64,000 nt of DNA from Clostridia bacterium (lineage in GTDB: Bacteria > Bacillota > Clostridia > Oscillospirales > CAG-272). Each line of letters begins with the position of its first letter. Position 1 is the stretch's first letter. The stretch lies in the NCBI GenBank assembly GCA_017451735.1, contig JAFTNU010000040.1, forward strand, positions 22,101 to 86,100, given 5' to 3'. The notes beneath the pieces are model-generated. The model ran no database searches and was not told where the DNA came from. It saw nothing but the letters and a program-made list of their open reading frames with translations. The position numbers were made by a program, and so were the translations under genes. Positions 45,532-54,216 of the stretch are shown here, piece by piece.

Positions 45532-46319
45532 TTTAGGGGTTGACATTCACGGAAAACATCATGTGCGGCAAGCGCCTCCCGCTTGCTCTCACCCAAAGCA
45601 TGATAGGCCAACAGCTCATGCGTCAACCCGCGGGCGGCACAGTAGGCCCGAATACGCTCCACCTCTTCCCCCTGATTGAAATCGGGGATCACAGGGGTAC
45701 GGATGATCATTTTTTTACCCGAATTTTGCAAACGGTCCAGATTTTTTAGGATCAATGTATTGGAAACACCGGTTCCGCGACAGTGAAGCGCGCTGTCAAG
45801 CGCTTTGATATCATACAAAAAAATATCTGTATAGGGCAGAACTCTCTCAAAGGCCGCATACGGCACATTTCCCGCAGTATCTACCGCCACCGAAACGCCG
45901 TTTTTCTGACACCGTTCCGCCACATTCGCCAAAAAATCGGGATAGAGCATGCACTCGCCGCCCGAAAAGGTCACACCGCCGCCCGTGGCATGATAATAGG
46001 GCTTGTCGGCCAGGATCGCGGTCAGCAATTCCTCCACGGTATAAGGTTTGCCGTAAAGCCTTCGCGCCTCCGTGGGACAGCCCGTGACGCAAGCGCCGCA
46101 GACCGTGCAGGCCGCAGGCGAAGCACAAACCTTGGCACAATTGCCACAGCCCATGCACTTCTCAGCAAAAAAAGCAATTTGGGCATCGGGGGACTTCCCC
46201 TCCGGGTTGTGGCACCAGAAGCAGTTCAGATTGCACCCCTTGAAAAAGATCACGGTACGCACACCGGGGCCATCATTCAGCGAAGCGCGCTTTATATCAA
46301 AAATCAGCGGTTTTTTCAT
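45528..46319 (-). CDS. Glycyl-radical enzyme activating protein (radical SAM with ferredoxin insert)
   Basis: DGPGVRTVIFFKGCNLNCFWCHNPE, CxxCxxC insert, GGVTFSGGE; last residues CQPLN come from the inserted element. Confidence 0.93.
   Translation of the reverse strand: MKKPLIFDIKRASLNDGPGVRTVIFFKGCNLNCFWCHNPEGKSPDAQIAFFAEKCMGCGNCAKVCASPAACTVCGACVTGCPTEARRLYGKPYTVEELLTAILADKPYYHATGGGVTFSGGECMLYPDFLANVAERCQKNGVSVAVDTAGNVPYAAFERVLPYTDIFLYDIKALDSALHCRGTGVSNTLILKNLDRLQNSGKKMIIRTPVIPDFNQGEEVERIRAYCAARGLTHELLAYHALGESKREALAAHDVFRECQPLN
45546..45565 (+). repeat. Right copy of 20-bp direct repeat
   Basis: TTCACGGAAAACATCATGTG, identical to 32167-32186. Confidence 0.95.
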
Positions 46320-46323
46320 ACCG

Positions 46324-47259
46324 TTATGCACGATTCAAGAGCTCCAGTTCCGCATCGGTGAGCTCCAGCTCCACCCCGCGGAGATTGTCAAGAAAATGCT
46401 CGACGCGGGAAGAGGAAAAGAGGGGGATGACCCGCGGAAAGCCCTCGCAACGGTAAAGGTTGACCATCCATGCCACCGCCAGGGCGCTGGGATTGACCCC
46501 CTTCTCCCGTGCCATCTCCCGCAGGAATGCCAGGCGCTCTCCGCCGATCAGATCGGCCGGGAGGCGCTCGTCCTTCTCATAGCCACCCTTCGCCAGGCAA
46601 GAATAAGCCACCAGGGGAATGCTTTTATCGCGCAAAAAACGCAACCGCTCGCGGGAGGCCGTCTCGTTGAAGGTGTATTTCGGTGCCACGTCGGACCGGG
46701 GATAGAGATAAGTGAATTTTTGTTGCATAACGGTGTACGGGGTCAATTCTTTCATATTTGCCACCGTATTCGCCTCGGCAAAGCGCCAGGTGTCATAGTT
46801 ACTGCCGCCAAGGCACCGCACCTTGCCTTTTTTCACAAGGGCATGAAATGCCTCCATCGTCTCTTCAATTGGAGTGCTCATGTCATCGGTATGGGCATAG
46901 TAAAGATCCACATGATCGGTGCCCAATTTGCGCAGGGATTCGTCGATCCAGTACTCGATCTGCTCCTTTTTCAGTCCGGCCCCCCGGCCGTGGCGGTCAA
47001 AGCCGACCTTGGTCGCCAGCACCACACGGTCCCGGCACCTGCGCTCGCGGAGCCACTCTCCCAGGAGTAGCTCACTCTCATCTCCGGTTCCCGCCCAATG
47101 CGCATAATTGTTGGAGGTGTCGATAAAATTACCGCCCATATCCATATAGGCATCCAGCACGCGGTAGGCATCCTCTTTGGAGGTGGTTGTACCGAAGTTC
47201 ATGGCCCCCAGGGCCGCAGGGGCCACGCAAAGCCCGTTGGAAAGTTGTATTTTTTTCAT
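46324..47259 (-). CDS. Aldo/keto reductase
   Basis: LGAMNFG, GGNFIDTSNNY, LATKV, SLRKLGTDHVDLYYAH, GGSN. Confidence 0.93.
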   Translation of the reverse strand: MKKIQLSNGLCVAPAALGAMNFGTTTSKEDAYRVLDAYMDMGGNFIDTSNNYAHWAGTGDESELLLGEWLRERRCRDRVVLATKVGFDRHGRGAGLKKEQIEYWIDESLRKLGTDHVDLYYAHTDDMSTPIEETMEAFHALVKKGKVRCLGGSNYDTWRFAEANTVANMKELTPYTVMQQKFTYLYPRSDVAPKYTFNETASRERLRFLRDKSIPLVAYSCLAKGGYEKDERLPADLIGGERLAFLREMAREKGVNPSALAVAWMVNLYRCEGFPRVIPLFSSSRVEHFLDNLRGVELELTDAELELLNRA

Positions 47260-47277
47260 ACCGTTCTCCTCTTTTTG

Positions 47278-49515
47278 TTATTTTAACCGCTCAATAATGT
47301 CATCCTGCAATCGCCGGCAGATATCCACAAACACGCCGCTGTAGCCTGTGACGCGCACCCGAAGATCCCGATGATCGTTGGGGTGCTGTTGGGCGTCGAT
47401 CAGGGCATTCACATCGGCGGCGGTCACCTGAGCGTGAAGTCCGCCCCCACTGAAATAGGTGGCAAGCAGTGCGGCGAACAGTGCATGCCCTCCCTCACCC
47501 GCATAATCCTTGGGGTCAATATCCAGATTCAGCGCACCCGAAAGGAACCCGTCGGCGGGAATACTCAGCATGGCGTTGAACATAGCCGTGATACCGTTGA
47601 TGCAGGAGCCGTTGGCCGGGCGGGCGTTCTGTGAAAAGGGTGTATGCGCCAACCGTCCGTCGGGAGTGGCACCAAAGCTCTCGCCCATTTTCAAATGCCA
47701 GGTGTCGCTTTGCAGGCACGGCTCCAGAAAGAGCCCTTGCCGCTCCAGATACGGGCGACTTTTTTCAATGATCATACGAGCGGCGGTTTCGGCAAGGCGC
47801 TTGACATGAGCATTGGAATGAGCCGTGTCACTGCCGTACTTGGGCACATGGCGGCAAAGAGCCAGCAACTCCGGATACCCTTTGAAATTGGCATCGGTAG
47901 CGATGAGCAGATCCTTTAGGGTCAGTCGCTTTTCGATAAAGACCAGCTGATCCACGGTTATGATGCAGTCGGCCACCGAGCCGAACATATAGAAGGACTG
48001 AAACTCAAAATGATATTTGGCACCCGCAGAAAAGCAGGCAGCATCCCGCACCGAATCGGCATAAAAGCAGTCTCCGAATGTAAGAACGGCGGCAGGACGG
48101 CGACGGCGCACCTCCAGCTCGTGGGAAAGATGTGCCAGCTTGCGATCGATGAAATCCGCCATACGCCCGAAAAAGCCCGCATAGACATCCTCGATGGTGA
48201 TCCCCTGTGCCTCCCGCCCGGCCAGCTCACGCAGTACGATCATCAGATCCTCGGGCCAACCGTGCTCGGCATTCATGCGCATATAGGGGATGCGCAGTTC
48301 CTTTGCTTCCTCCGAAGAGTTATAGGCATGATATTTGTCGGATTTGGGGCCGATCAACATCCAGCCGGCCTTGACTCCAAGACCGGGCCAGTTGCACCCG
48401 AAATGGATGTATTGACGGGCATCGTTCTCGGGAATCCCCAACCGTTGATAGGTTTTCAGCACATTGCCGTCATTGTAGTACATCAACGATGCGCTCTGCA
48501 AGGATTTGCCTGTCAGCACCCGCCAAAGATCGGGATAGGCCTTGTCCATTCCCTTGAAATACCGCACCACCGCAACGGGATTTTTGAACGCGGGAACAAT
48601 GCACTCGGCAAAGAGCAGAGTCAGATCATTCACTGCGCTCTTCCCTTTTTCGTCGGTCCCCGCCAGCAACAGATATTGCGGTGCGTCAAAGCAGCAAATG
48701 CGGTCAAAGGTGGTGGAATTGGTGGCATCCCCCACCTGGTGCTCGCCCCGTCCCATGATCAGATTGTGCTTGCAATAATAATCGGTGATATATGCCGCTG
48801 CCTCCTCCCGGGTCATCCGCCCCGCCTCCAGATCGGCCCGATACAGCGGATACAGGATCTGATCCAGCCGCCCCAGGGTCAGAGTTGGATTGGGCGTGAT
48901 ATAGGCGCAATCCACAAGGGTAACGATCCAAAGTAATTGGAGCGCGGAATAAAAATCATCCGGTCGCTCGGTGGCAGCCTTTTTCATGTTTTTTGCCACC
49001 CGTTCCATGCCTTTTTTCAAAGCGGCATCGGCATAGCGGAGCATAAAATCGCGCAACGCATCGTAAATTTCGATCACGCTCTCAAGAAACGCACGCTGAT
49101 CGGCATCGGTCCTTTCCGCAAGGGATGCACATGCCCGTGCACGCAGACCGGGGAGCCCGTACTCCACGATCTCATCCCACTCATAGGAGCAATGCCCCGA
49201 GGAAAAAAGCACCTGCCGCTTGGGATGATCGGGATGCTTGAGAAAGGCCTGAAATCTTTTCTCCTCCTCTTGGGTGAGCAGACGATCCACACACCGCCCG
49301 ACGATCAGATCATAGGGCTCTATGGGAGTAGAAACGCGGGAAAGCAGTACGGACAGAAAGCGGGCAAAGCGCTTGGGCTGAGGCAGCTCCTTGCACGACG
49401 ACTTGATCTCGTCCAAAATGAGAAAGCGCTCGGCGCTGGTAGCCAGCAGAGGCTTTTGCGTCAAGGCCGCTTGTGCCTCGGCAACATTCGGGTTCAGATC
49501 ATACACAGGCTCCAC
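47278..49515 (-). CDS. Glycyl-radical enzyme (PFL-like family), substrate unknown
   Basis: LGRLDQILYP, FGCNW cysteine loop, ATPDGR, VRVTGYS glycyl loop. Confidence 0.9.
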   Translation of the reverse strand: MEPVYDLNPNVAEAQAALTQKPLLATSAERFLILDEIKSSCKELPQPKRFARFLSVLLSRVSTPIEPYDLIVGRCVDRLLTQEEEKRFQAFLKHPDHPKRQVLFSSGHCSYEWDEIVEYGLPGLRARACASLAERTDADQRAFLESVIEIYDALRDFMLRYADAALKKGMERVAKNMKKAATERPDDFYSALQLLWIVTLVDCAYITPNPTLTLGRLDQILYPLYRADLEAGRMTREEAAAYITDYYCKHNLIMGRGEHQVGDATNSTTFDRICCFDAPQYLLLAGTDEKGKSAVNDLTLLFAECIVPAFKNPVAVVRYFKGMDKAYPDLWRVLTGKSLQSASLMYYNDGNVLKTYQRLGIPENDARQYIHFGCNWPGLGVKAGWMLIGPKSDKYHAYNSSEEAKELRIPYMRMNAEHGWPEDLMIVLRELAGREAQGITIEDVYAGFFGRMADFIDRKLAHLSHELEVRRRRPAAVLTFGDCFYADSVRDAACFSAGAKYHFEFQSFYMFGSVADCIITVDQLVFIEKRLTLKDLLIATDANFKGYPELLALCRHVPKYGSDTAHSNAHVKRLAETAARMIIEKSRPYLERQGLFLEPCLQSDTWHLKMGESFGATPDGRLAHTPFSQNARPANGSCINGITAMFNAMLSIPADGFLSGALNLDIDPKDYAGEGGHALFAALLATYFSGGGLHAQVTAADVNALIDAQQHPNDHRDLRVRVTGYSGVFVDICRRLQDDIIERLK

Positions 49516-49524
49516 TCCCCCCTT

Positions 49525-50481
49525 TTACAAAATGCTCATAGCCACAATGCCGAAAAGGGCAATCACCGACCCCGTAATACTGCGCCGGGTAGGCTTTTCG
49601 CCAAAGAACAGCATGGCAGTGATATTGACGGTAATCAGGCATCCGCCCTTGATGACGGGATACAGGATCTGAGACGGCATACCGTAATCGTTGGTGGCAA
49701 CGGTCTGAAAATAATTGGCGGCAAACATGCATATCGCCATGATGATAATATGGGGCATGGGACGCTTGCATGGGGCAAAAAGCCTGCAGACGTATCCCTT
49801 TTTTTCTGCCGCGGACAGCCCGACATATTGCCAAACGGCAAAGCCCGCAAAGCAAAGAAGCAGAATGGCCGCGGCAAAAGCATATGTATAAAAATGGTAG
49901 ACCGATTTGGGATAAAAGGCACCGTGCGCCTGCGTCCCTGCTTCGGTATAATACTGCTTATAAAGCTGCTGACAGAAGGAGGAAAGTCCATCCCCCAGAG
50001 CCGCCAGGATCACAAGCAGGCCCCCCATCCATCCGGAGCCCTTCCCCGCACTCTTACCGTATCCCGAAAGAATCGCCGTTGCAGCAAGGATCAGCACAAA
50101 GCCCACCATTTTCAGGGGCGAGATCGCCTCACCGAACAGAATGGCGCATAGCACGGCGGGCAGAATCGACCCAACCGTCAGAGTGACATCCACGGTAACC
50201 ATGGGATTCTTTTGAATGGCCAAAAGCCACCCCACCAGAAAAGCCGCATTGGCGGCACCCGAGCACAGACAGATCCAAAGCATTCCGCCCTCGACGGCAA
50301 GCTGTGCTCCTGCCGACTCCAAAAACACAACACCAAGCCCGATGACGATGCAAAACAGCATACGCAACAGATTGAACAGCAAGGGATCCCCCGCACCGCT
50401 GATGTAACAGCCGGTCTTTTTGCCGCAATAGCCCTTGACGGTCAGGCAAAGCAACGCCATGATCAAAAACAGATAGGCCAT
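49525..50481 (-). CDS. DMT/EamA-like transporter
   Basis: About 10 hydrophobic segments, two LFGE/FFGE repeats. Confidence 0.75.
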   Translation of the reverse strand: MAYLFLIMALLCLTVKGYCGKKTGCYISGAGDPLLFNLLRMLFCIVIGLGVVFLESAGAQLAVEGGMLWICLCSGAANAAFLVGWLLAIQKNPMVTVDVTLTVGSILPAVLCAILFGEAISPLKMVGFVLILAATAILSGYGKSAGKGSGWMGGLLVILAALGDGLSSFCQQLYKQYYTEAGTQAHGAFYPKSVYHFYTYAFAAAILLLCFAGFAVWQYVGLSAAEKKGYVCRLFAPCKRPMPHIIIMAICMFAANYFQTVATNDYGMPSQILYPVIKGGCLITVNITAMLFFGEKPTRRSITGSVIALFGIVAMSIL

Positions 50482-50628
50482 ACCCACACTCCCTTCACAC
50501 GTTTACATTCTATCAAAAACGTGCGAAAAGGCCATATATTTTTGAGCACAGGCCTGGATTTTTGTAAACAAACCGACTTGATTTTTATCTCAGTGCGCGG
50601 TATAATAAAAACAAACGGAGGTGAGCAT

Positions 50629-51468
50629 ATGCGTCTGATCGAGCCGGAGGATCTGCGGCATGCAGATCTGTTTTGCGGCCGCCCCGAGGTCTTTCCCGAA
50701 TCCTGGGCAAGCCGCAAGCATTTTTCGCTTTACAAAGAGACCCCGCGTCCCTGCTGTGCGCTTTTCTTCATCAAAAGCGACATACGGGTCAGCTTTTTTT
50801 CACATTCGGGTGACACGGTGATCGCGCGACGGGGGGATGTGGTATTCATCCCGCAGGGGGCGCTTTACCACGTGAGCGTGGAGGGCGGAACGCCCAATTG
50901 TATCGACACCTACACCGTCAACTTCAGCCTGCTGGATCATGCGCACGAATCGGTTATTCTGTCCGAGCACATCCGTCTCCTGTCCACCAGATCCGAAGGG
51001 CTTGTGGAACTGCATTTTCAAAAACTGAACGAGGCGGTTCACGACTCGGATGAGGGCGGCAATCTTCTCTCGGTCCGCGCCGCTCTTTACGCCTTGCTGG
51101 ATGCAGTGGTATCCGCCGCATCGGGCGCTCCCGATGCCTATTACGCCATCCGAAGGGGCGCTGATGCCCTGTGCCGTGAATGGAACCGCAATGAAAAAAT
51201 CGAGACCTATGCCGCCCTGTGCGGGGTCAGCAAGGCCTATTTTTACCGTTGCTTTCGGGAATGGACGGGCAAAAGCCCTGTGGAATACCGCAATGCACAG
51301 CGCTTATCCAACGCCGAGACCATGCTCCGCCATACCGATATGCAGATCCGCGAAATCGCCGAGATCATCGGCTTTGAGGATCCCTTCTATTTCTGCCGCA
51401 TCTTTGCCAAGCGCTTCGGACTATCACCGCAAAAATACCGCATGACCGCCCGCGGGAGCGAGGGGTGA
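50629..51468 (+). CDS. AraC-family transcriptional regulator
   Basis: Cupin N-terminus; IAEIIGFEDPFYFCRIFAKRFGLSPQKYR; divergent from the GRE operon; GGAGG RBS. Confidence 0.92.
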   Translation: MRLIEPEDLRHADLFCGRPEVFPESWASRKHFSLYKETPRPCCALFFIKSDIRVSFFSHSGDTVIARRGDVVFIPQGALYHVSVEGGTPNCIDTYTVNFSLLDHAHESVILSEHIRLLSTRSEGLVELHFQKLNEAVHDSDEGGNLLSVRAALYALLDAVVSAASGAPDAYYAIRRGADALCREWNRNEKIETYAALCGVSKAYFYRCFREWTGKSPVEYRNAQRLSNAETMLRHTDMQIREIAEIIGFEDPFYFCRIFAKRFGLSPQKYRMTARGSEG

Positions 51469-51470
51469 TC

Positions 51471-52646
51471 CTACAGCATCAGCGGAGGAACCGTGGCCAG
51501 CTCCGCAGGGGTCACCGAGCCCGGCAGACAGAGGGCATAAAGTCCGTGGGCAATCGCCGACAGGCGCCGTGCCCGTGCGGCGTGCGCCCCCAGAGAGACC
51601 GCATCCGCGGGCTTGGTTACCACGGGTACGGTACGCGTTTTTCGGGTCTCTGCAAGGAAAGCGCGCCCCCGCTCGTTGGCACCCAGCAAGCGCAGATAGG
51701 CGGGAGCCGCGAGAAGATCCTCACGGGTCACACCCGCCAGCAAATAGAGTAATCCCCGACGGATCCTGCCGTCGGTATATTTTTTTGTTGCAGCGGCGCG
51801 GCAAAGGCTTTGATAGTCGGTCGCCTCTTCTGCGGCGCGGCAAAGGCGCTCCAAAAGTCCGCCGCCGCAATCCGCGATATCGAAATCGGCGGTTTTCCCC
51901 CCCGTTCCGGCACTTTTACCGTTACAAGTGCGCAAGCATGCCAGCATGGGCGCGCCCAGCCTTGCGGTATCGGCAATCCCCCACCGTGCCACGGCTTTTT
52001 GAAAGATCTCACGTACTTCTACAGGGAGACCGTCACAAATTTCCGCACCCGTGTGTAATTTTTCACGCAAGGCGGTGGCCGACGGATATTCCTTTTCCGG
52101 GTCGGTGTCATGGTATCCCGCCCCTACGCGCAAAACGGGATACAGGGTCATTTTGTCGCCACGCCCATGCACGGCCCGGGCGTATTCCAGGGCAAGAATA
52201 TCATTGGGCGGAATGCGCACATCCCCCAAAGCATCGAAATAAATCGCGGCATCCCCCTTATTTTTCGCACCGTTTGCCACCTTTTCGATAAAGTCCCGTT
52301 TCATGGTCTGCTCTGCAGCGGCAATCAATGCGGGGGCATTGGCGCTCTCACTCCCAAAGGCCAAGGTATCCACACCAAGCCCCTCCAGTGCCCGTACCCC
52401 CGCGGTAGCAAAATAGCGTGCAGAGCCCGCCGCATATGGAAAGGGGAGCTCCAGTACCAGGTCGGCTCCCGCCGCCAAGGCCATGGCGGCACGGGAAACG
52501 GGAGGCAGGATCGCCGCCTCTCCGCGTTGCGTAAAATGGCCGCTCATCAGGCAAATAACAGTCTCCGCCCCCCGCACGCAGTCCAGAAGATACTTATGGC
52601 CTGCGTGAAAAGGATTATATTCGCAAATAATACCAACGTGTTTCAT
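51471..52646 (-). CDS. tmcAL: tRNA(Met) cytidine acetate ligase (YlbM family)
   Basis: GIICEYNPFHAGH, MSGHFTQRGE, GADLVLELP, PNDILALEY, SATALR; divergent from ackA. Confidence 0.88.
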   Translation of the reverse strand: MKHVGIICEYNPFHAGHKYLLDCVRGAETVICLMSGHFTQRGEAAILPPVSRAAMALAAGADLVLELPFPYAAGSARYFATAGVRALEGLGVDTLAFGSESANAPALIAAAEQTMKRDFIEKVANGAKNKGDAAIYFDALGDVRIPPNDILALEYARAVHGRGDKMTLYPVLRVGAGYHDTDPEKEYPSATALREKLHTGAEICDGLPVEVREIFQKAVARWGIADTARLGAPMLACLRTCNGKSAGTGGKTADFDIADCGGGLLERLCRAAEEATDYQSLCRAAATKKYTDGRIRRGLLYLLAGVTREDLLAAPAYLRLLGANERGRAFLAETRKTRTVPVVTKPADAVSLGAHAARARRLSAIAHGLYALCLPGSVTPAELATVPPLML

Positions 52647-52712
52647 GTTCCCTCTTTTCTTTCCGTCCGCCGCCACCGCAGTGAATTTTTGGAAAAATCC
52701 TTCAAAATCGTA

Positions 52713-52741
52713 TTGAAAAGGCAAGGCCTTTGTGTTATACT
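52713..52741 (+). promoter_or_regulatory. SigA promoter of ackA
   Basis: TTGAAA-17-TATACT with TGn. Confidence 0.7.
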
Positions 52742-52786
52742 ATATTTGTATATTCTAATTTGATCTATATTATCAGGAGGACAATT

Positions 52787-54016
52787 ATGAAAGTACTGGT
52801 TGTAAACGCAGGATCCAGTTCTTTGAAGTATCAGCTTCTCGAGCCCGATACCGGCACCCTGTTTGCCAAAGGCATTTGCGAGAGCATTGGTACCGCAGGC
52901 GCCATGATCAGCCATGAGCAGGTGCTCAAGAGCAAGAAGATCAAGGATCAGCCTCACCCCATGGAGACCCACGCCGTTGCCCTGCAGCTGGTGGTGGATA
53001 TGTTGCTTGACAAGGAGTACGGTTGCATCAGCAGCATGGACGAGATCGAGGCGGTCGGGCATCGTGTGGTCCACGGCGGAGCCTTCTTCTCCGAATCCGT
53101 ATTGCTGAATGACGATGTGCTCAAAAAGCTCAGGCTGTGCCACGATTTCGCGCCTCTGCACACCCCTGCCCATATTCAGGGCATCCAAGGGTGTCTGGCG
53201 GTCATGCCCGACAAGCCCCAGGTGTTGGTATTCGATACCGCTTTCCATCAGACCATGGCTCCCGAGGCCTATATCTATGCCCTGCCCTATGAGCTGTACG
53301 AAAAGTACGGCGTCCGCCGTTACGGCGCGCACGGCACCTCCCATCGCTTTGTCGTGGGTGAAATGTGCAAGATCCTGGGCAAGACCGAGGGCACCAAGAT
53401 CGTGACCTGCCATATTGGTAACGGCTCCTCCATCTCCGCCGTAAAGGATGGCAAGGTCATGGACACCTCCATGGGCTTTACCCCTCTTGCGGGCGTGGAA
53501 ATGGGCACCCGTTGCGGTGATATCGATCCCGCGCTGGTCCCCTATATGATGGAAAAGCTGAACCTGGACGGCCCCGGCGTCAACCAGCTGATGAACAAGC
53601 AGTCCGGCTTCCTCGGTGTTTCCGGCATCTCTCACGACTCCCGTAAGCTGGAGGCCGCAGTGGCCAACGGCCCCTCCGATCCCAACTACGAGCGCGCCAA
53701 GCTGGCCGTGGACATTCTCAAGCTGCAGATCAAGAAATACATCGGCGCTTACGCCGCCGAGATGAACGGCCTTGACGCTGTGGTCTTTACCGCAGGTGTG
53801 GGCGAGAACAACTTCCGTCTGCGTGAGATCGTCTGCGAGGATATGGACTACTTTGGCATCAAGATCAACAAAGAGGTCAACAACGCGGCCCATCATCAGC
53901 CCAACATCGTCAAGCTCTCCACCGATGATTCTAAGGTCGGCGTCTACCTGATTCCCACCAACGAGGAGCTGGTCATCGCAAGAGATACCGCGGCTCTGGT
54001 GGCAGCGCAGAAATGA
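52787..54016 (+). CDS. ackA: Acetate kinase
   Basis: VNAGSSSLKYQL, GHRVVHGG, FDTAFHQT, CHIGNGSS, FTAGVGEN, PTNEE. Confidence 0.97.
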   Translation: MKVLVVNAGSSSLKYQLLEPDTGTLFAKGICESIGTAGAMISHEQVLKSKKIKDQPHPMETHAVALQLVVDMLLDKEYGCISSMDEIEAVGHRVVHGGAFFSESVLLNDDVLKKLRLCHDFAPLHTPAHIQGIQGCLAVMPDKPQVLVFDTAFHQTMAPEAYIYALPYELYEKYGVRRYGAHGTSHRFVVGEMCKILGKTEGTKIVTCHIGNGSSISAVKDGKVMDTSMGFTPLAGVEMGTRCGDIDPALVPYMMEKLNLDGPGVNQLMNKQSGFLGVSGISHDSRKLEAAVANGPSDPNYERAKLAVDILKLQIKKYIGAYAAEMNGLDAVVFTAGVGENNFRLREIVCEDMDYFGIKINKEVNNAAHHQPNIVKLSTDDSKVGVYLIPTNEELVIARDTAALVAAQK

Positions 54017-54034
54017 TCCGATCTCAATTATAAC

Positions 54035-54069
54035 ACAATGCGGCACTTTTCGCAAGTGCCGCATTGTTT
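54035..54069 (+). terminator. ackA terminator
   Basis: acaatgcggcactt...aagtgccgcattgt. Confidence 0.7.
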
Positions 54070-54216
54070 CGAAAGAACAGAATGATCATGAAGCAGAAGC
54101 CCGCACCGGCTTCTGCTATCTTTTTTAACAAAATTCACTCCCCCCCTTGAAATCGAGGGCAAAAACCGATATAATAGTTATGTATGGAAATTTTTCTTTT
54201 GAAAGGATCTGAAAAT

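Larger units (their letters stand above)
32187..45545. mobile_element. Integrated rolling-circle, inovirus-like provirus using an IS30-family transposase
   Basis: 20-bp flanking DR, 12/17 terminal IR, Rep_trans plus nick site, SSB-sized gene, membrane and collagen proteins, pI/Zot-like ATPase, DDE transposase. Confidence 0.85.

Noticed and set aside
44400-45545. IS30 as an independent insertion sequence
   Set aside because: No left IR or short duplication was found near the transposase start; the matching IR and the 20-bp DR lie 13 kb away at the rep end
32187-45545. Conjugative ICE, tailed prophage or microvirus
   Set aside because: No VirB4, cell-wall hydrolase, terminase, portal or jelly-roll capsid gene recognised; a mobilisable element with a MOB_T relaxase remains a less favoured alternative
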